Source: Alphaproteobacteria bacterium (lineage in GTDB: Bacteria; Pseudomonadota; Alphaproteobacteria; UBA828). Taken from it: a stretch of 64,000 nt of DNA. Where the stretch lies: assembly GCA_963667785.2 (NCBI GenBank), contig CAXXMU010000006.1:544001-608000 (forward strand), in the 5' to 3' direction. The notes under the pieces were generated by a model. It was not told the origin of the DNA. It saw only the letters and a program-made list of their open reading frames with translations, and searched no databases. Shown in pieces: positions 1 to 10,030 of this stretch (within the stretch, counting starts at the first letter, position 1; each line of letters begins with the position of its first letter). The position numbers and the translations under genes were made by a program.

Positions 1-1056
<1,056 letters not shown>

Positions 1057-1082
1057 TTACGAAACCAATGCAACAAACATTT

Positions 1083-1166
1083 GATTGGTAGAACCAAATA
1101 CTTGCTTTCCGATTGGTCCAACCAACTATTCGCGCTTCGATTGGTCCAACCAACTATTCAATTTCA
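1083..1166. promoter_or_regulatory. Three GntR/FadR-type operators TTGGT-N3-ACCAA in a 28-bp tandem array
   Basis: TTGGTagaACCAA at 1085, TTGGTccaACCAA at 1113 and 1141; same form as PdhR/LldR boxes; lies in an AT-rich divergent intergenic region. Confidence 0.75.
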
Positions 1167-1187
1167 TGTATCCATTGTCGGCCAGTC

Positions 1188-1222
1188 TTGACACTGATCA
1201 ATGATCCCGAATACGGTATTCG
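1188..1222 (+). promoter_or_regulatory. Putative sigma70 promoter with an overlapping palindrome
   Basis: TTGACA (1188-1193), 18-bp spacer, TACGGT (1212-1217); the palindrome CGAATAC-G-GTATTCG (1208-1222) covers the -10. Confidence 0.5.
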
Positions 1223-1320
1223 TAGATGATTGCATCCGATGAGTGCAATTCATCGTGCTGCCCGCTGACGGCGCCCGATACGGGGTCCTGCGCAGCCGCA
1301 GCCAACAGGGAGACTCAGTC

Positions 1321-2595
1321 ATGGGCAAGAAGGGACTTACACGCAGGCAATTCACGGGCACGGCCGCGGCTGCGGCCGGCGCCGTCGCCGCGTCGTCGTT
1401 CGGTGCGCCCCACATCGCGCGGGGTGCCGAGAAGGTGGTTAAGGTCGGCTTCCTCGGGCCGTTGACCGGCGAGGTCGCGGGCTGGTTCCTGCCGGGCCTG
1501 AACGGTGCCGAGATCTGGGCCGAGCAGGTCAACGCCGGCGGCGGCATCAAGATCGGCGACGACAACTACATGGTCGAGATCGTCTCCTACGACAACGAGT
1601 ACCTGGCGGACAAGTCGCTGATCGGCGCCAAGAAGCTGGTGCTCGAGGACGGGGTCAAGATGGTCCAGATGCTGGGCGGCACCGACGCGCCGGCTGCCGT
1701 GCAGTTCTTCACCAAGCAGAACATGCTCTCGTCGACGCTGCTGCCGAGCGATCTCACGCCCGACACGCTCTATCACCTGGCGCCGGCAGAGGTGCATCCG
1801 ATCTACAACGTCACCGGCGTCGAGTGGCTGGCTGAGAACCGGCCGGAGCTCAAGACCGCGGCGATCTGCGCCCAGGACGACGAGCTCGGATGGCCGTCGG
1901 TCGCGACCTACCTCGCCGCGTTCGAGGCGGCCGGCATCGACGTCATCTACAACAAGTACTTCGACCCGGCGACGACCGACTTCGCGCCGGTGGTGACCGC
2001 GATGCTGGCGGACAACCCCGACATCGTCTGCCTGGATACCGCGTATCCGGACTACGTCAACCTGATCAGCGAGCAGTTGTTCCTGCAGAACTTTGACGGT
2101 CAGATCATCTCCTGCACCTTCGACTTCTATCAAAACATTATCGAGAAGACGAGCGTGGAGTTTGTCGAGGGTCTGATCTTCCAGTTCCCGGATTTCGACG
2201 ATCCGGCGATGAGGGAAGCGCACATCAACTTCGAGAATCCGGACGGGTTCTTCGCCGAGTACAACGAGCGCTTCCCGGATTCGTGGAGCGCGGTATCCTG
2301 GGAATACTCCGCGATCGCCGAGATGTGGCGGCTGGCGGCCGAGAAGGCCGGCAGCATCGAGCCCATGGACGTGCTCGCGGCGCTCAAGGAAGGCGGCCGC
2401 GGCCCCCACGTGTTCGGCGACGCCGCCTGGTGGGGCTCGGAGCTCTGGGGCATCGACAACGCCCTGGTCGGCAACTGGCCGGTGGTGCAGATTCAGAACG
2501 GCAAGGCCACCATCGTCGAGTACCGCAACATCATCGACTGGTGGAGCAGACACGGCGACCTGCTGAAGAAGCACACCGAGGAGCAGGGCGGCTAG
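1321..2595 (+). CDS. Liv/HAAT-family ABC substrate-binding protein with Tat signal
   Basis: TRRQF twin-arginine signal; VKVGFLGPLTG and DFAPVVTAM patterns of LivJ-like proteins; RBS AGGGAG before ATG 1321. Confidence 0.88.
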   Translation: MGKKGLTRRQFTGTAAAAAGAVAASSFGAPHIARGAEKVVKVGFLGPLTGEVAGWFLPGLNGAEIWAEQVNAGGGIKIGDDNYMVEIVSYDNEYLADKSLIGAKKLVLEDGVKMVQMLGGTDAPAAVQFFTKQNMLSSTLLPSDLTPDTLYHLAPAEVHPIYNVTGVEWLAENRPELKTAAICAQDDELGWPSVATYLAAFEAAGIDVIYNKYFDPATTDFAPVVTAMLADNPDIVCLDTAYPDYVNLISEQLFLQNFDGQIISCTFDFYQNIIEKTSVEFVEGLIFQFPDFDDPAMREAHINFENPDGFFAEYNERFPDSWSAVSWEYSAIAEMWRLAAEKAGSIEPMDVLAALKEGGRGPHVFGDAAWWGSELWGIDNALVGNWPVVQIQNGKATIVEYRNIIDWWSRHGDLLKKHTEEQGG

Positions 2596-2628
2596 CCGCA
2601 GCACCAGCGGCAACGACCGCACCATGAA

Positions 2629-2769
2629 GCGGCGGGTCCGTCGGCAGCACGGACCGCCGCACAGGCGAGCCGGGGCGGTGCAGCCCCGGCTCTTCCGTTG
2701 TAGGCTTCGTTTCCGGACAAGCGGACGCCACGCCCTCCCCGGCTCGCCGCCGGCGTTGCCGGGGAGGCG
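2629..2769 (+). other. Three GC-rich hairpins between the binding-protein and permease genes (possible attenuator or mRNA stabiliser)
   Basis: Inverted repeats at about 2629-2660, 2667-2692 (GAGCCGGGG...CCCCGGCTC) and 2732-2769. Confidence 0.45.
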
Positions 2770-2801
2770 GTATATGCCCGGCACCTGAGCCGCGAGGGAC
2801 C

Positions 2802-3677
2802 GTGGAAACTGTCATTCAGACGCTGGTGAACGCTCTGATGCAGAGCAGCTTCGTCGCGCTGATGGCGGTGGGCCTGGTTCTCATCTTCGGCGTCATGCGG
2901 GTGATCAACTTCGCCCACGGCGAGTTCTACATGGCCGGCGCCTATGTGGTGTTCTGGCTCTACGCGCAGAACGATCTGCCCTTCTTCGCCGCGGTCGTCG
3001 CGGCGGTGATCGTCGTCGGCGTCATCGGCCTGATTCTGGAGCAGATTCTGTTCAAGCCGATGCGGGAAAACCCGCTCGGCGGGCTCATCATGTCCGTGGG
3101 TGTGCTCTTCATCCTCCAGGTGCTCGCCGCCGTCATATTCGGCGTCGGCCTGATGAAGCACATCCCGCCCCTCTATCCGGGAGCGACGCCGGTGTTCGGC
3201 CTGGACGGCGTGGCGGTGCCGTGGCAGCGCCTGGTCGCCTTCGGCATCGCCGTCCTGCTGCTGATCGCGTTCTGGCTCTTCCTCAAGCGCACGCGCCTCG
3301 GCTGGGCGCTCCGCGCCTGCGCGCAGGACCGCGAGGCGGCGGCGCTGCAGGGCATGTCGATCAACAAGCTCGCGCTGCTGGCGATGGGCCTCGGCGCCGG
3401 CATGGCGGGCGCCGCCGGCGCGATCATGGCGCCGCTGGTGCGCGTCTATCCCTACATCGGCGGCCCGGTGATCGTGACGGCCTTCATCGTCATCGTCGTG
3501 GGCGGCATCGGCAGCCTCGAGGGCGCCGTGCTGGCCGCGGTGCTCTACACCTTCTTCCACACCTTCATCGCCACCTATCTCGACGGCTCCATCGCCAGCA
3601 TCCTCGGCCTCCTGATGATGCTGCTGGTGCTGATCGTGCGGCCCGCCGGCCTCCTGGGCAAAGGCGAGAAGGTCTAG
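2802..3677 (+). CDS. livH: Branched-chain amino acid-type ABC permease (LivH-like)
   Basis: GLVLIFGVMRVINFAHGEFYM and GGIGSLEGAV motifs; hydrophobic. Confidence 0.9.
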   Translation: METVIQTLVNALMQSSFVALMAVGLVLIFGVMRVINFAHGEFYMAGAYVVFWLYAQNDLPFFAAVVAAVIVVGVIGLILEQILFKPMRENPLGGLIMSVGVLFILQVLAAVIFGVGLMKHIPPLYPGATPVFGLDGVAVPWQRLVAFGIAVLLLIAFWLFLKRTRLGWALRACAQDREAAALQGMSINKLALLAMGLGAGMAGAAGAIMAPLVRVYPYIGGPVIVTAFIVIVVGGIGSLEGAVLAAVLYTFFHTFIATYLDGSIASILGLLMMLLVLIVRPAGLLGKGEKV

Positions 3678-3680
3678 CCG

Positions 3681-4724
3681 ATGATCGGGTCCACCCGGTT
3701 CTGGGCGACCGGCAGCGGCCTCGTGGCGCTGCTGGCCCTCTTCTGCGCGCTGCCCTTCCTGGTCGCGATCTACCGCATCGACATCCTCATCTTCCTGCTC
3801 ATCAACGTGATCCTGGCGATGAGCTACCGCTTCCTCACGCTCGCGGGAGAGTTCTCGCTCGGCCACGTGGTGATGATGGGGGTGGGCGCCTACGGCAGCG
3901 CGCTCGCCACCAAGGAGGCGGGGCTCTCGGTCTGGCTCGCGGCGCCGCTCGCCGCCGCCTTCACGGGCCTGCTGGCCTTCATTCTCGCCTTCCCGCTCTT
4001 CCGCATGAAGGGCTTCTACTTCCTGATCGGCTCCTTCGCCGCGGGCGAAGCGATCCGCCTCACCTGGAACCGCTTTCGCGACCCCTTCGGCGGGCCCGGC
4101 GGCATCGTGTTCATTCCCTCGCCGGAGATTCCTCTTCCCGCCCTCGGCCTGTTCGACGTCGCGGCGGACCCGCGCGCGTACTACTTCCTGTGCCTCGCGC
4201 TGGTGGTCATCACGATCTTCATCTTCTACCGGCTGGAGCACTCGCGCTTCGGGCTCACGCTGCACGCGATCCACTGGAAGGACGTGCTGGCGGAATCGGT
4301 CGGCGTGCACATCTGGTGGTACAAGACCTTCGCCCTGGTCGTGGCGTCCGCCTTCGCCGGGCTCGCCGGCGCCCTGCTCGGCCACTATCTCGGCACCGTC
4401 AACCCGGTCCAGTTCAACCTGCACATCATGCTCTTCGTGCTGGTGTGGGTGATCGTCGGCGGCACGCGGACCATCGCCGGCCCCATCGTGGGCGTCATCG
4501 TGTTGACGGTCGTCGACCAGGGGCTGCGCGGCCTCGACGAATGGCGGCCGCTCTTCTACGGCGCCATCCTGATCCTCACCGTGATGTTCCTGCCGGACGG
4601 GCTGGAGAGCCTGCCGCGGCGGGCACGCGACTGGTGGGAGGCGATCCGCGACCGGCGCAAGCCGCCGGTCAGCGACGACGAGGGACCACCGGAGTCAGAT
4701 AGACCGCCGCCTCGAGACGCCTGA
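3681..4724 (+). CDS. livM: Branched-chain amino acid-type ABC permease (LivM-like)
   Basis: GEFSLGH, RMKGFYF and VIVGG..TIAGP motifs. Confidence 0.9.
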   Translation: MIGSTRFWATGSGLVALLALFCALPFLVAIYRIDILIFLLINVILAMSYRFLTLAGEFSLGHVVMMGVGAYGSALATKEAGLSVWLAAPLAAAFTGLLAFILAFPLFRMKGFYFLIGSFAAGEAIRLTWNRFRDPFGGPGGIVFIPSPEIPLPALGLFDVAADPRAYYFLCLALVVITIFIFYRLEHSRFGLTLHAIHWKDVLAESVGVHIWWYKTFALVVASAFAGLAGALLGHYLGTVNPVQFNLHIMLFVLVWVIVGGTRTIAGPIVGVIVLTVVDQGLRGLDEWRPLFYGAILILTVMFLPDGLESLPRRARDWWEAIRDRRKPPVSDDEGPPESDRPPPRDA

Positions 4725-5409
4725 GGTCGCTCGGGCTCTCGCCGTCTCGAAGCGCCGCCAGTCGCTCCGGACCGAAGCCGACCGGGTCGCGCTCGATGGC
4801 CTCGGCCCCCTGCCGGGCATCCAGCGCCGACGCCTCGTCGCCCGCCTCCTGCCTGAGCGATGCCATCGCGCGCAGGATCGCCGCCCGCTCCGACTCGCGC
4901 CAGCTCAAGCCCGCCGCCCGCTTCGCCTGGGCCTCTTCGAGCGCGGCCGCCGGGTCGCGCGCGAGATGGGCCGAGCCGGCCAGCGCCGCGGCCCGGCCAG
5001 CGCCCAGCAGCTTGGCGAACTCGGCTCGGGCGAGGGCGTCGTACGCGGCGCGATGCTTCCCCTCCATCCGCAGGTGGAAGCCGGAGCTGCGCGCCCTCTG
5101 GCCCACCGCCATGCGCGCGACCCAGGGCTCCGCCGCCGCCCACGCCCCGAGCGCGCGCCGGAAGGCCCTGCGCGCAGCCGGCGCCTTGCCCGTTGCCGCA
5201 TGGCAGAGGGCGAGGTTCGTCCGGCCCGCGGCCCGGCGCGGATCGTCCGCCGCGAAGGCCCGGGCGAGCGCGGCGGCCGAACGCCATGCGGCGTAGGCGT
5301 CCGCGACGCGGCCCGCGTCGAAGGCCGCGAGGCCCTCCCGCGTCCGCTCCTCCCAGCGCCGCTCGGCGCCGGGCGACTCGCCTCCGTCTTCGGGGCGTTC
5401 GCCTGCCAT
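4669..5409 (-). CDS. Hypothetical helical (TPR-like) protein
   Basis: Ala-rich helical repeats (AFAADDPRRAAGRTNLAL); convergent overlap with the livM 3' end; start chosen at ATG 5409. Confidence 0.6.
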   Translation of the reverse strand: MAGERPEDGGESPGAERRWEERTREGLAAFDAGRVADAYAAWRSAAALARAFAADDPRRAAGRTNLALCHAATGKAPAARRAFRRALGAWAAAEPWVARMAVGQRARSSGFHLRMEGKHRAAYDALARAEFAKLLGAGRAAALAGSAHLARDPAAALEEAQAKRAAGLSWRESERAAILRAMASLRQEAGDEASALDARQGAEAIERDPVGFGPERLAALRDGESPSDLRRLEAAVYLTPVVPRRR

Positions 5410-5478
5410 CGACCCATTATGGTCGCCGCCCGAGCGGCTGCAATCGATCGCGGCAGACAGGGGGGACGCGCGCCAGCG

Positions 5479-5512
5479 CAACGATATTTCTATATTTCTA
5501 GAAATATCGTTG
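5479..5512. promoter_or_regulatory. ArsR-type operator, 14-6-14 inverted repeat
   Basis: CAACGATATTTCTA-N6-TAGAAATATCGTTG, perfect and AT-rich, just upstream of the ArsR gene. Confidence 0.8.
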
Positions 5513-5537
5513 ACTTTCGTCAGAGGCTGCAACTACC

Positions 5538-5876
5538 ATGCGGATCATGGACACCACGGAAGCCGCGCGGCGCCTCGAGGCGCTCGGAAATCCCACCCGT
5601 CTCTCGGTCTACCGCGTGCTCGTGCGCGCAGGCCCGGAAGGTCTCACCTTCGGCGCGATCCAGGGGCTCGTCGGCGGTGCCGGCTCCACCCTCTCGCACC
5701 ACGTCGCGACACTCGCCCGGGCCGGGTTGATCGAGCAGGAGCGGCGGGGCCGCGAGACCATCAACCGCGTGCGCTACGACGACATGAACGCGCTCCTGGA
5801 GTACCTCACCAGGGAATGCTGCCAGGGTGTGCCGGTGATCTCCGTCGACGCGCCGGACGAGACCGCCGCGGCCTAG
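5538..5876 (+). CDS. arsR: ArsR/SmtB-family regulator with C-terminal CC motif
   Basis: ALGNPTRL, STLSHH HTH, LLEYLTRECCQG. The start could be 5547. Confidence 0.88.
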   Translation: MRIMDTTEAARRLEALGNPTRLSVYRVLVRAGPEGLTFGAIQGLVGGAGSTLSHHVATLARAGLIEQERRGRETINRVRYDDMNALLEYLTRECCQGVPVISVDAPDETAAA

Positions 5877-5917
5877 TTTTTTTGACCGAATTATTCGATC
5901 AACTTAGGAGAGTGGAA

Positions 5918-6952
5918 GTGAACGAGGTTGCCGCAGCCGTTCGGCGGACAGGCGAGGCGGCACGCGCGCTCGACGTGGCATGGCCCGGCCTCGCCATCGC
6001 CTACGTCGCCCTCGCCGCGATCGTGCCGCAGCAGGCCGTCGCCTCGGCCCTCTTCGTCGGCGGCGCGGTCCTGGAGATCGCACCCTATTTCGCCCTGGCC
6101 GTCGGGCTCGCGGCCTACGCCAAGGCGTCGGGCGCGGACTCGCTGATCGCCAGGGCCTTTCGCGGGCGTCCGGTCAGGATGATCCTGGTCGCGGCGCTGT
6201 TCGGCGCGCTGTCCCCGTTCTGCTCGTGCGGCGTGATTCCGGTGATCGCGTCGCTGCTGGCGATGGGCGTGCCGCTTTCGGCGGTCATGGCGTTCTGGCT
6301 GTCGTCGCCGATCATCGATCCCTCGATGTTCATGCTGACGGCCGGCGTGCTCGGGCTCGAATTCGCCGTCGCCAAGACGATCGCCGCGGCAGGCCTCGGG
6401 CTCCTCGGCGGATACGCAACGCTGGTCGCGACCCGCCGGGGCGTGTTCGCGGAGCCGCTTCGCAGCGGTGTGGCTGCGTGCGGGGACGCCGGCACCTGCA
6501 CGCCGGGTTCCGTGGCCTGGCGGGTGTGGCGTGAGAGAGAGCGCCTGCGGAGGCTCGCGGGCGAGGCCGGCTCGGTCACGCTGTTCCTCGGCAAGTGGCT
6601 GCTGATCGCGTTCACGCTGGAAAGCCTGATGGTCGCGTACGTGCCTGCCGAGACGATCGCCGCCCTGCTCGGCGCCGACAGCGCATGGGCGATGGGGGCG
6701 GCCGTCGTCGTCGGCGTGCCGGCCTATCTCAACGGATACGCCGCGCTCGGCCTGGTCGGCGGGCTCGTGGAGGGCGGCATGGCGCCGGGTGCGGGCCTTG
6801 CCTTCCTCGTGGCCGGCGGCGTCACGTCGATCCCGGCGGCGATCGCCGTGTTCGCCCTCGCGCGCCTCTCGGTATTCCTGTGGTACGTGGCGCTGGCGAT
6901 CGCGGGCGCTTTCGTCGCCGGGTTCGGATACCAGGCCTTTCTCGCACTCTGA
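5918..6952 (+). CDS. DUF318/ArsP-family permease
   Basis: SPFCSCG motif, multiple TM segments; AGGAG RBS 7 nt before GTG 5918. Confidence 0.82.
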   Translation: MNEVAAAVRRTGEAARALDVAWPGLAIAYVALAAIVPQQAVASALFVGGAVLEIAPYFALAVGLAAYAKASGADSLIARAFRGRPVRMILVAALFGALSPFCSCGVIPVIASLLAMGVPLSAVMAFWLSSPIIDPSMFMLTAGVLGLEFAVAKTIAAAGLGLLGGYATLVATRRGVFAEPLRSGVAACGDAGTCTPGSVAWRVWRERERLRRLAGEAGSVTLFLGKWLLIAFTLESLMVAYVPAETIAALLGADSAWAMGAAVVVGVPAYLNGYAALGLVGGLVEGGMAPGAGLAFLVAGGVTSIPAAIAVFALARLSVFLWYVALAIAGAFVAGFGYQAFLAL

Positions 6953-6985
6953 ACCCGCGCGGCCGCGCGGGGCGAGCCGCGGCGC

Positions 6986-7804
6986 TCAGACCAGCCCGGC
7001 GGCGCGGACGGCGGCCATGTAGGTGCGGCTCACCGGCACCTCGTGGCCGCCGGTGAGCCTGAGCACCGTGCGGCCGTGCCGGCGCGCGGCGCTCGCCACG
7101 TGGCGGCGCGCGACCCAGTAGGAGCGGTGCACCCGGAGGCCGTCGGTGCCGTCGAGCTCGGCGACGGCATCGACGAAGCGCATGAGCACGAGCGTCGAGC
7201 CTGCAGTGGTGACCGCTTCGACATAGTGGTCGGCGGTCTTGAGATAGACGAGGTCGCGGCCGAGCTTTTCCGGCAGGCGATCGAGGAATCGCGCGCCGGG
7301 CGCCGGACCGGAGCGGTGCTCGGACTCCCCTTCTCCCGCCGGCGCGAAGCCGAGATCGGCCCCCGCTGCGGCCATCCGGCGGCGCGCCTCGATAACGGCG
7401 ACGACCGACAGGCCGATCACCAGCATCAGCACCGCCACCGAGAGGTAGATCGTCGGCACGCCGATCGGCTCGGTGTAGCCCGGCCGGAAGAGCGCCTCGG
7501 CGCCGTAGACGACCCCGGTGCCGGGCGCGGCGGCGACCGGCGCCGTGGCTGCTGCCACCAGCACCCGTCTGCGCATGGCGATGCCGCCCACGGTGACCAG
7601 CGCCAGCATCATCATGCCGCCGCAGACGAGCCAGTTGCCGCCCATCGCGAGCGCCCAGTAGCCGATTCGGCCGCCCAGGCCGAGCGAATCGTAGGTGCCG
7701 AAGGGGCCGATGAAGGCGAACAGCAGGACCAGGCAGACGAGCGCCACCACCTGACCGGCCGCCGAGCGGCGCAACTCACGAAGCGTGAACGGCGAATCCT
7801 GCAA
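6986..7804 (-). CDS. Membrane-anchored LytTR-domain regulator
   Basis: About four N-terminal TM helices and a C-terminal LytTR domain (ADHYV, GLRVHRSYWV, VPVSRTY); no receiver domain. Confidence 0.88.
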   Translation of the reverse strand: MQDSPFTLRELRRSAAGQVVALVCLVLLFAFIGPFGTYDSLGLGGRIGYWALAMGGNWLVCGGMMMLALVTVGGIAMRRRVLVAAATAPVAAAPGTGVVYGAEALFRPGYTEPIGVPTIYLSVAVLMLVIGLSVVAVIEARRRMAAAGADLGFAPAGEGESEHRSGPAPGARFLDRLPEKLGRDLVYLKTADHYVEAVTTAGSTLVLMRFVDAVAELDGTDGLRVHRSYWVARRHVASAARRHGRTVLRLTGGHEVPVSRTYMAAVRAAGLV

Positions 7805-7834
7805 TTCGCGAATAATCCCGTGGCGTTCGCGTAT
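7805..7834. promoter_or_regulatory. Putative LytTR binding site (9-bp direct repeat, 12-bp spacer)
   Basis: TTCGCGAAT (7805-7813), N12, TTCGCGTAT (7826-7834). Confidence 0.6.
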
Positions 7835-7903
7835 CGGACGGTGACGCGCGGCGCGGGCCTGTCACCCTGCCCCGGTCAATCGAGCCCACTCTCAGGAGGA
7901 TAG

Positions 7904-8395
7904 GTGATGACAATAGGAACCGCATCAATCAAGGGCGCCGCACTGGCGGCCGCTTTCGCCTGCACCGCAGCCCTCGCGCTCCAGGCCGTGGCGGCCGATC
8001 TCGAGGTCCGCATCGAGGGGCTGAGCTCGGCCGATGGCGACGTCCGGGTCGCGCTGCACCGGCACATGCCGGAGGGCGATTTCCCCGGCGACAAGGGCGT
8101 GGTCGGCGCGATCATGCGCCCCGCCGCCGCCGGCACGCTCCGCGTCGTCTTCGCCGACGTGCCGGCCGGCGCCTACGCGGTCGCCGCCTTCCATGATGCC
8201 GACGGCGACGGCGAGCTGGCCCAGAACTTCCTCGGCATGCCGACGGAGGGCTACGGCTTCTCCAACGGCGCAGTCGGCTTCATGGGCCCGCCCAGCTTCG
8301 AGGACGCTGCGGTGAGCGTCGGCGAGAGCGATGCCGGCGTCCTGGTCTCGGTGCCGATCGCCTATCCCACGATCCACAGGGGGGAGCAGAAGTGA
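7904..8395 (+). CDS. DUF2141-family secreted protein
   Basis: Signal peptide; GAYAVAAFHDADGDGEL..NFLGMPTEGYGFSN and GPPSF motifs. Confidence 0.88.
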   Translation: MMTIGTASIKGAALAAAFACTAALALQAVAADLEVRIEGLSSADGDVRVALHRHMPEGDFPGDKGVVGAIMRPAAAGTLRVVFADVPAGAYAVAAFHDADGDGELAQNFLGMPTEGYGFSNGAVGFMGPPSFEDAAVSVGESDAGVLVSVPIAYPTIHRGEQK

Positions 8396-9909
8396 TGTCA
8401 GGCACACTCTCCCGACGCGCGCTCCTGCAGGCGCTGGCCGGCCTGCCGGTCGCGCTGGCGGCCGGCAGGACGGCGGCGGCAGGCGAGAACGCGGCCGATC
8501 CGGCGCCGGCGCTCACGGCCGCGCAGCGGCGGCTCGGCTTCGCTTCCGCCCAGGCCGAGAGGCTGGAGGCGTCGCTCGCGACCATCGCCGGCCGCCTGCC
8601 TGCCGCTCTCACCGGCGTGCTCTGGCGCAACGGCCCGGCCGAGCACGAGCGCTTCGGCCACCGCTACGACCACTGGTTCGACGGCGACGGCATGATGCAG
8701 GCCTTCGCCTTCACGGGATCGGGCGTGACTCACCGCGCCCGCATCCTGGAGACGCCGAAGCGCAGGCGCGAGAGCGCGGCGGGCAGGCGCCTGCTGCCCA
8801 CCTTCGCCACCCTGCCGCCGGAGGTCGCGCCGATCATGGCGCCGGACGACATGAACAGCGCCAACACCTCCGTGCTCGCCCACGGCGGGCGGCTCATGGC
8901 GCTCTGGGAGGGGGGCTCGGCGCTCGCGGTCGACCCCGCGACGCTCGAGGCGGGCGAGTTCGTCGCCTGGCGGCCGGACCTCGCGGGCGCGCCCTTCTCG
9001 GCCCATCCCAAGGTCGAGGCCGACGGCACCTGCTGGAACATCGGCTGCGCCACGGGGCCCACGTCGATGCTGCTCTTCTATCGCATCGACCCCTCGGGCC
9101 GGCTCGCAGCGTTTAACGCCTGGCCCGAGGAGCCGCTCGGCATGGTGCACGACTACGTGGTGACCCGGCGCCACCTGGTGCTGGTGGTCTCGCCCTTCGT
9201 GATCGACCGCGAGCGCTTCGCCGCCGGCCCGGTCAGCTATCTGGACGCCCACGTCTGGCGGCCCGAGCTCGGCACCCGCGTGATCGTGGTGGAGAAGGAC
9301 ACGCTCGCCCCGGTGCGCCGTTACGAGCTTCCGCCGGGCTTCCACTTCCACCACGGCAACGGCTGGGAAGAGGCGGACGGCACCATCCACCTCGATCTCT
9401 GCCAGGCGGCGGACCCGATGTTCGCCATCCACGACCTGCGCGCCATCATGGAGGGCGACTGGAGCTTCCCCTCCGCCCACCCGCGCTACCACCGCATGGT
9501 GCTCAGGCCCGACGGGGCCGCGGCGGTCGAGCAGGTGGCTCCGGCGGTGGCGGACTTCCCCCGCATCGACGGGCGCCGCACCGGGCTCCGCCACCGCGCG
9601 GTCTTCGCGCTCACCGGCGCGGAAGACGGCGGCTGGCCGCTCTCGCGCGTCACCCGGCTCGATCCCGACCGGGGCGACGTCGACGGCTGGTCCTACCCCC
9701 GTCACCTGATCCCGGAGGAGCACGTGTTCGTGGCGCGCGGGGACGCGGACGGCGACGGCTGGCTGGTGGGGCCCTTCCTCGACCTGGAGCGCGGCGGCGC
9801 GGGCCTCAGCGTCTTCGATGCCCTCCAGCTTGCCGACGGGCCGCTCTGGCAGGGCGCCCTGCCCTACCCGCTCCCCCTCGGCCTGCACGGGTTCTTCGTG
9901 GCGTCGTGA
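8392..9909 (+). CDS. Carotenoid oxygenase (RPE65/CCD/LSD family) with Tat-like signal
   Basis: WRNGP and HWFDGDGM motifs; four Fe-binding His (SAHPK, VHDY, FHH, LGLHG); SRRALL at the N-terminus. Confidence 0.9.
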   Translation: MMSGTLSRRALLQALAGLPVALAAGRTAAAGENAADPAPALTAAQRRLGFASAQAERLEASLATIAGRLPAALTGVLWRNGPAEHERFGHRYDHWFDGDGMMQAFAFTGSGVTHRARILETPKRRRESAAGRRLLPTFATLPPEVAPIMAPDDMNSANTSVLAHGGRLMALWEGGSALAVDPATLEAGEFVAWRPDLAGAPFSAHPKVEADGTCWNIGCATGPTSMLLFYRIDPSGRLAAFNAWPEEPLGMVHDYVVTRRHLVLVVSPFVIDRERFAAGPVSYLDAHVWRPELGTRVIVVEKDTLAPVRRYELPPGFHFHHGNGWEEADGTIHLDLCQAADPMFAIHDLRAIMEGDWSFPSAHPRYHRMVLRPDGAAAVEQVAPAVADFPRIDGRRTGLRHRAVFALTGAEDGGWPLSRVTRLDPDRGDVDGWSYPRHLIPEEHVFVARGDADGDGWLVGPFLDLERGGAGLSVFDALQLADGPLWQGALPYPLPLGLHGFFVAS

Positions 9910-10030
9910 TTCGAGAACCCTGCAGCCGGCGATGCGTACGGGACGAGAGAAACCGGGCCGCAGGCCCGGACGGCGCGAACGCGCGTCGCATGTCCACGTG
10001 CGCGGGCGCACGATGCGCGAAGCTCGTAGC

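Noticed and set aside
1083-1166. 28-bp periodic repeat as a mini-CRISPR
   Set aside because: Units are head-to-tail with no unique spacers, there are no cas genes, and each unit holds a transcription-factor-type palindrome.
1226-1320. Riboswitch in the leader of the binding-protein gene
   Set aside because: I could not match any known aptamer consensus by eye; an Rfam/Infernal scan would be needed.
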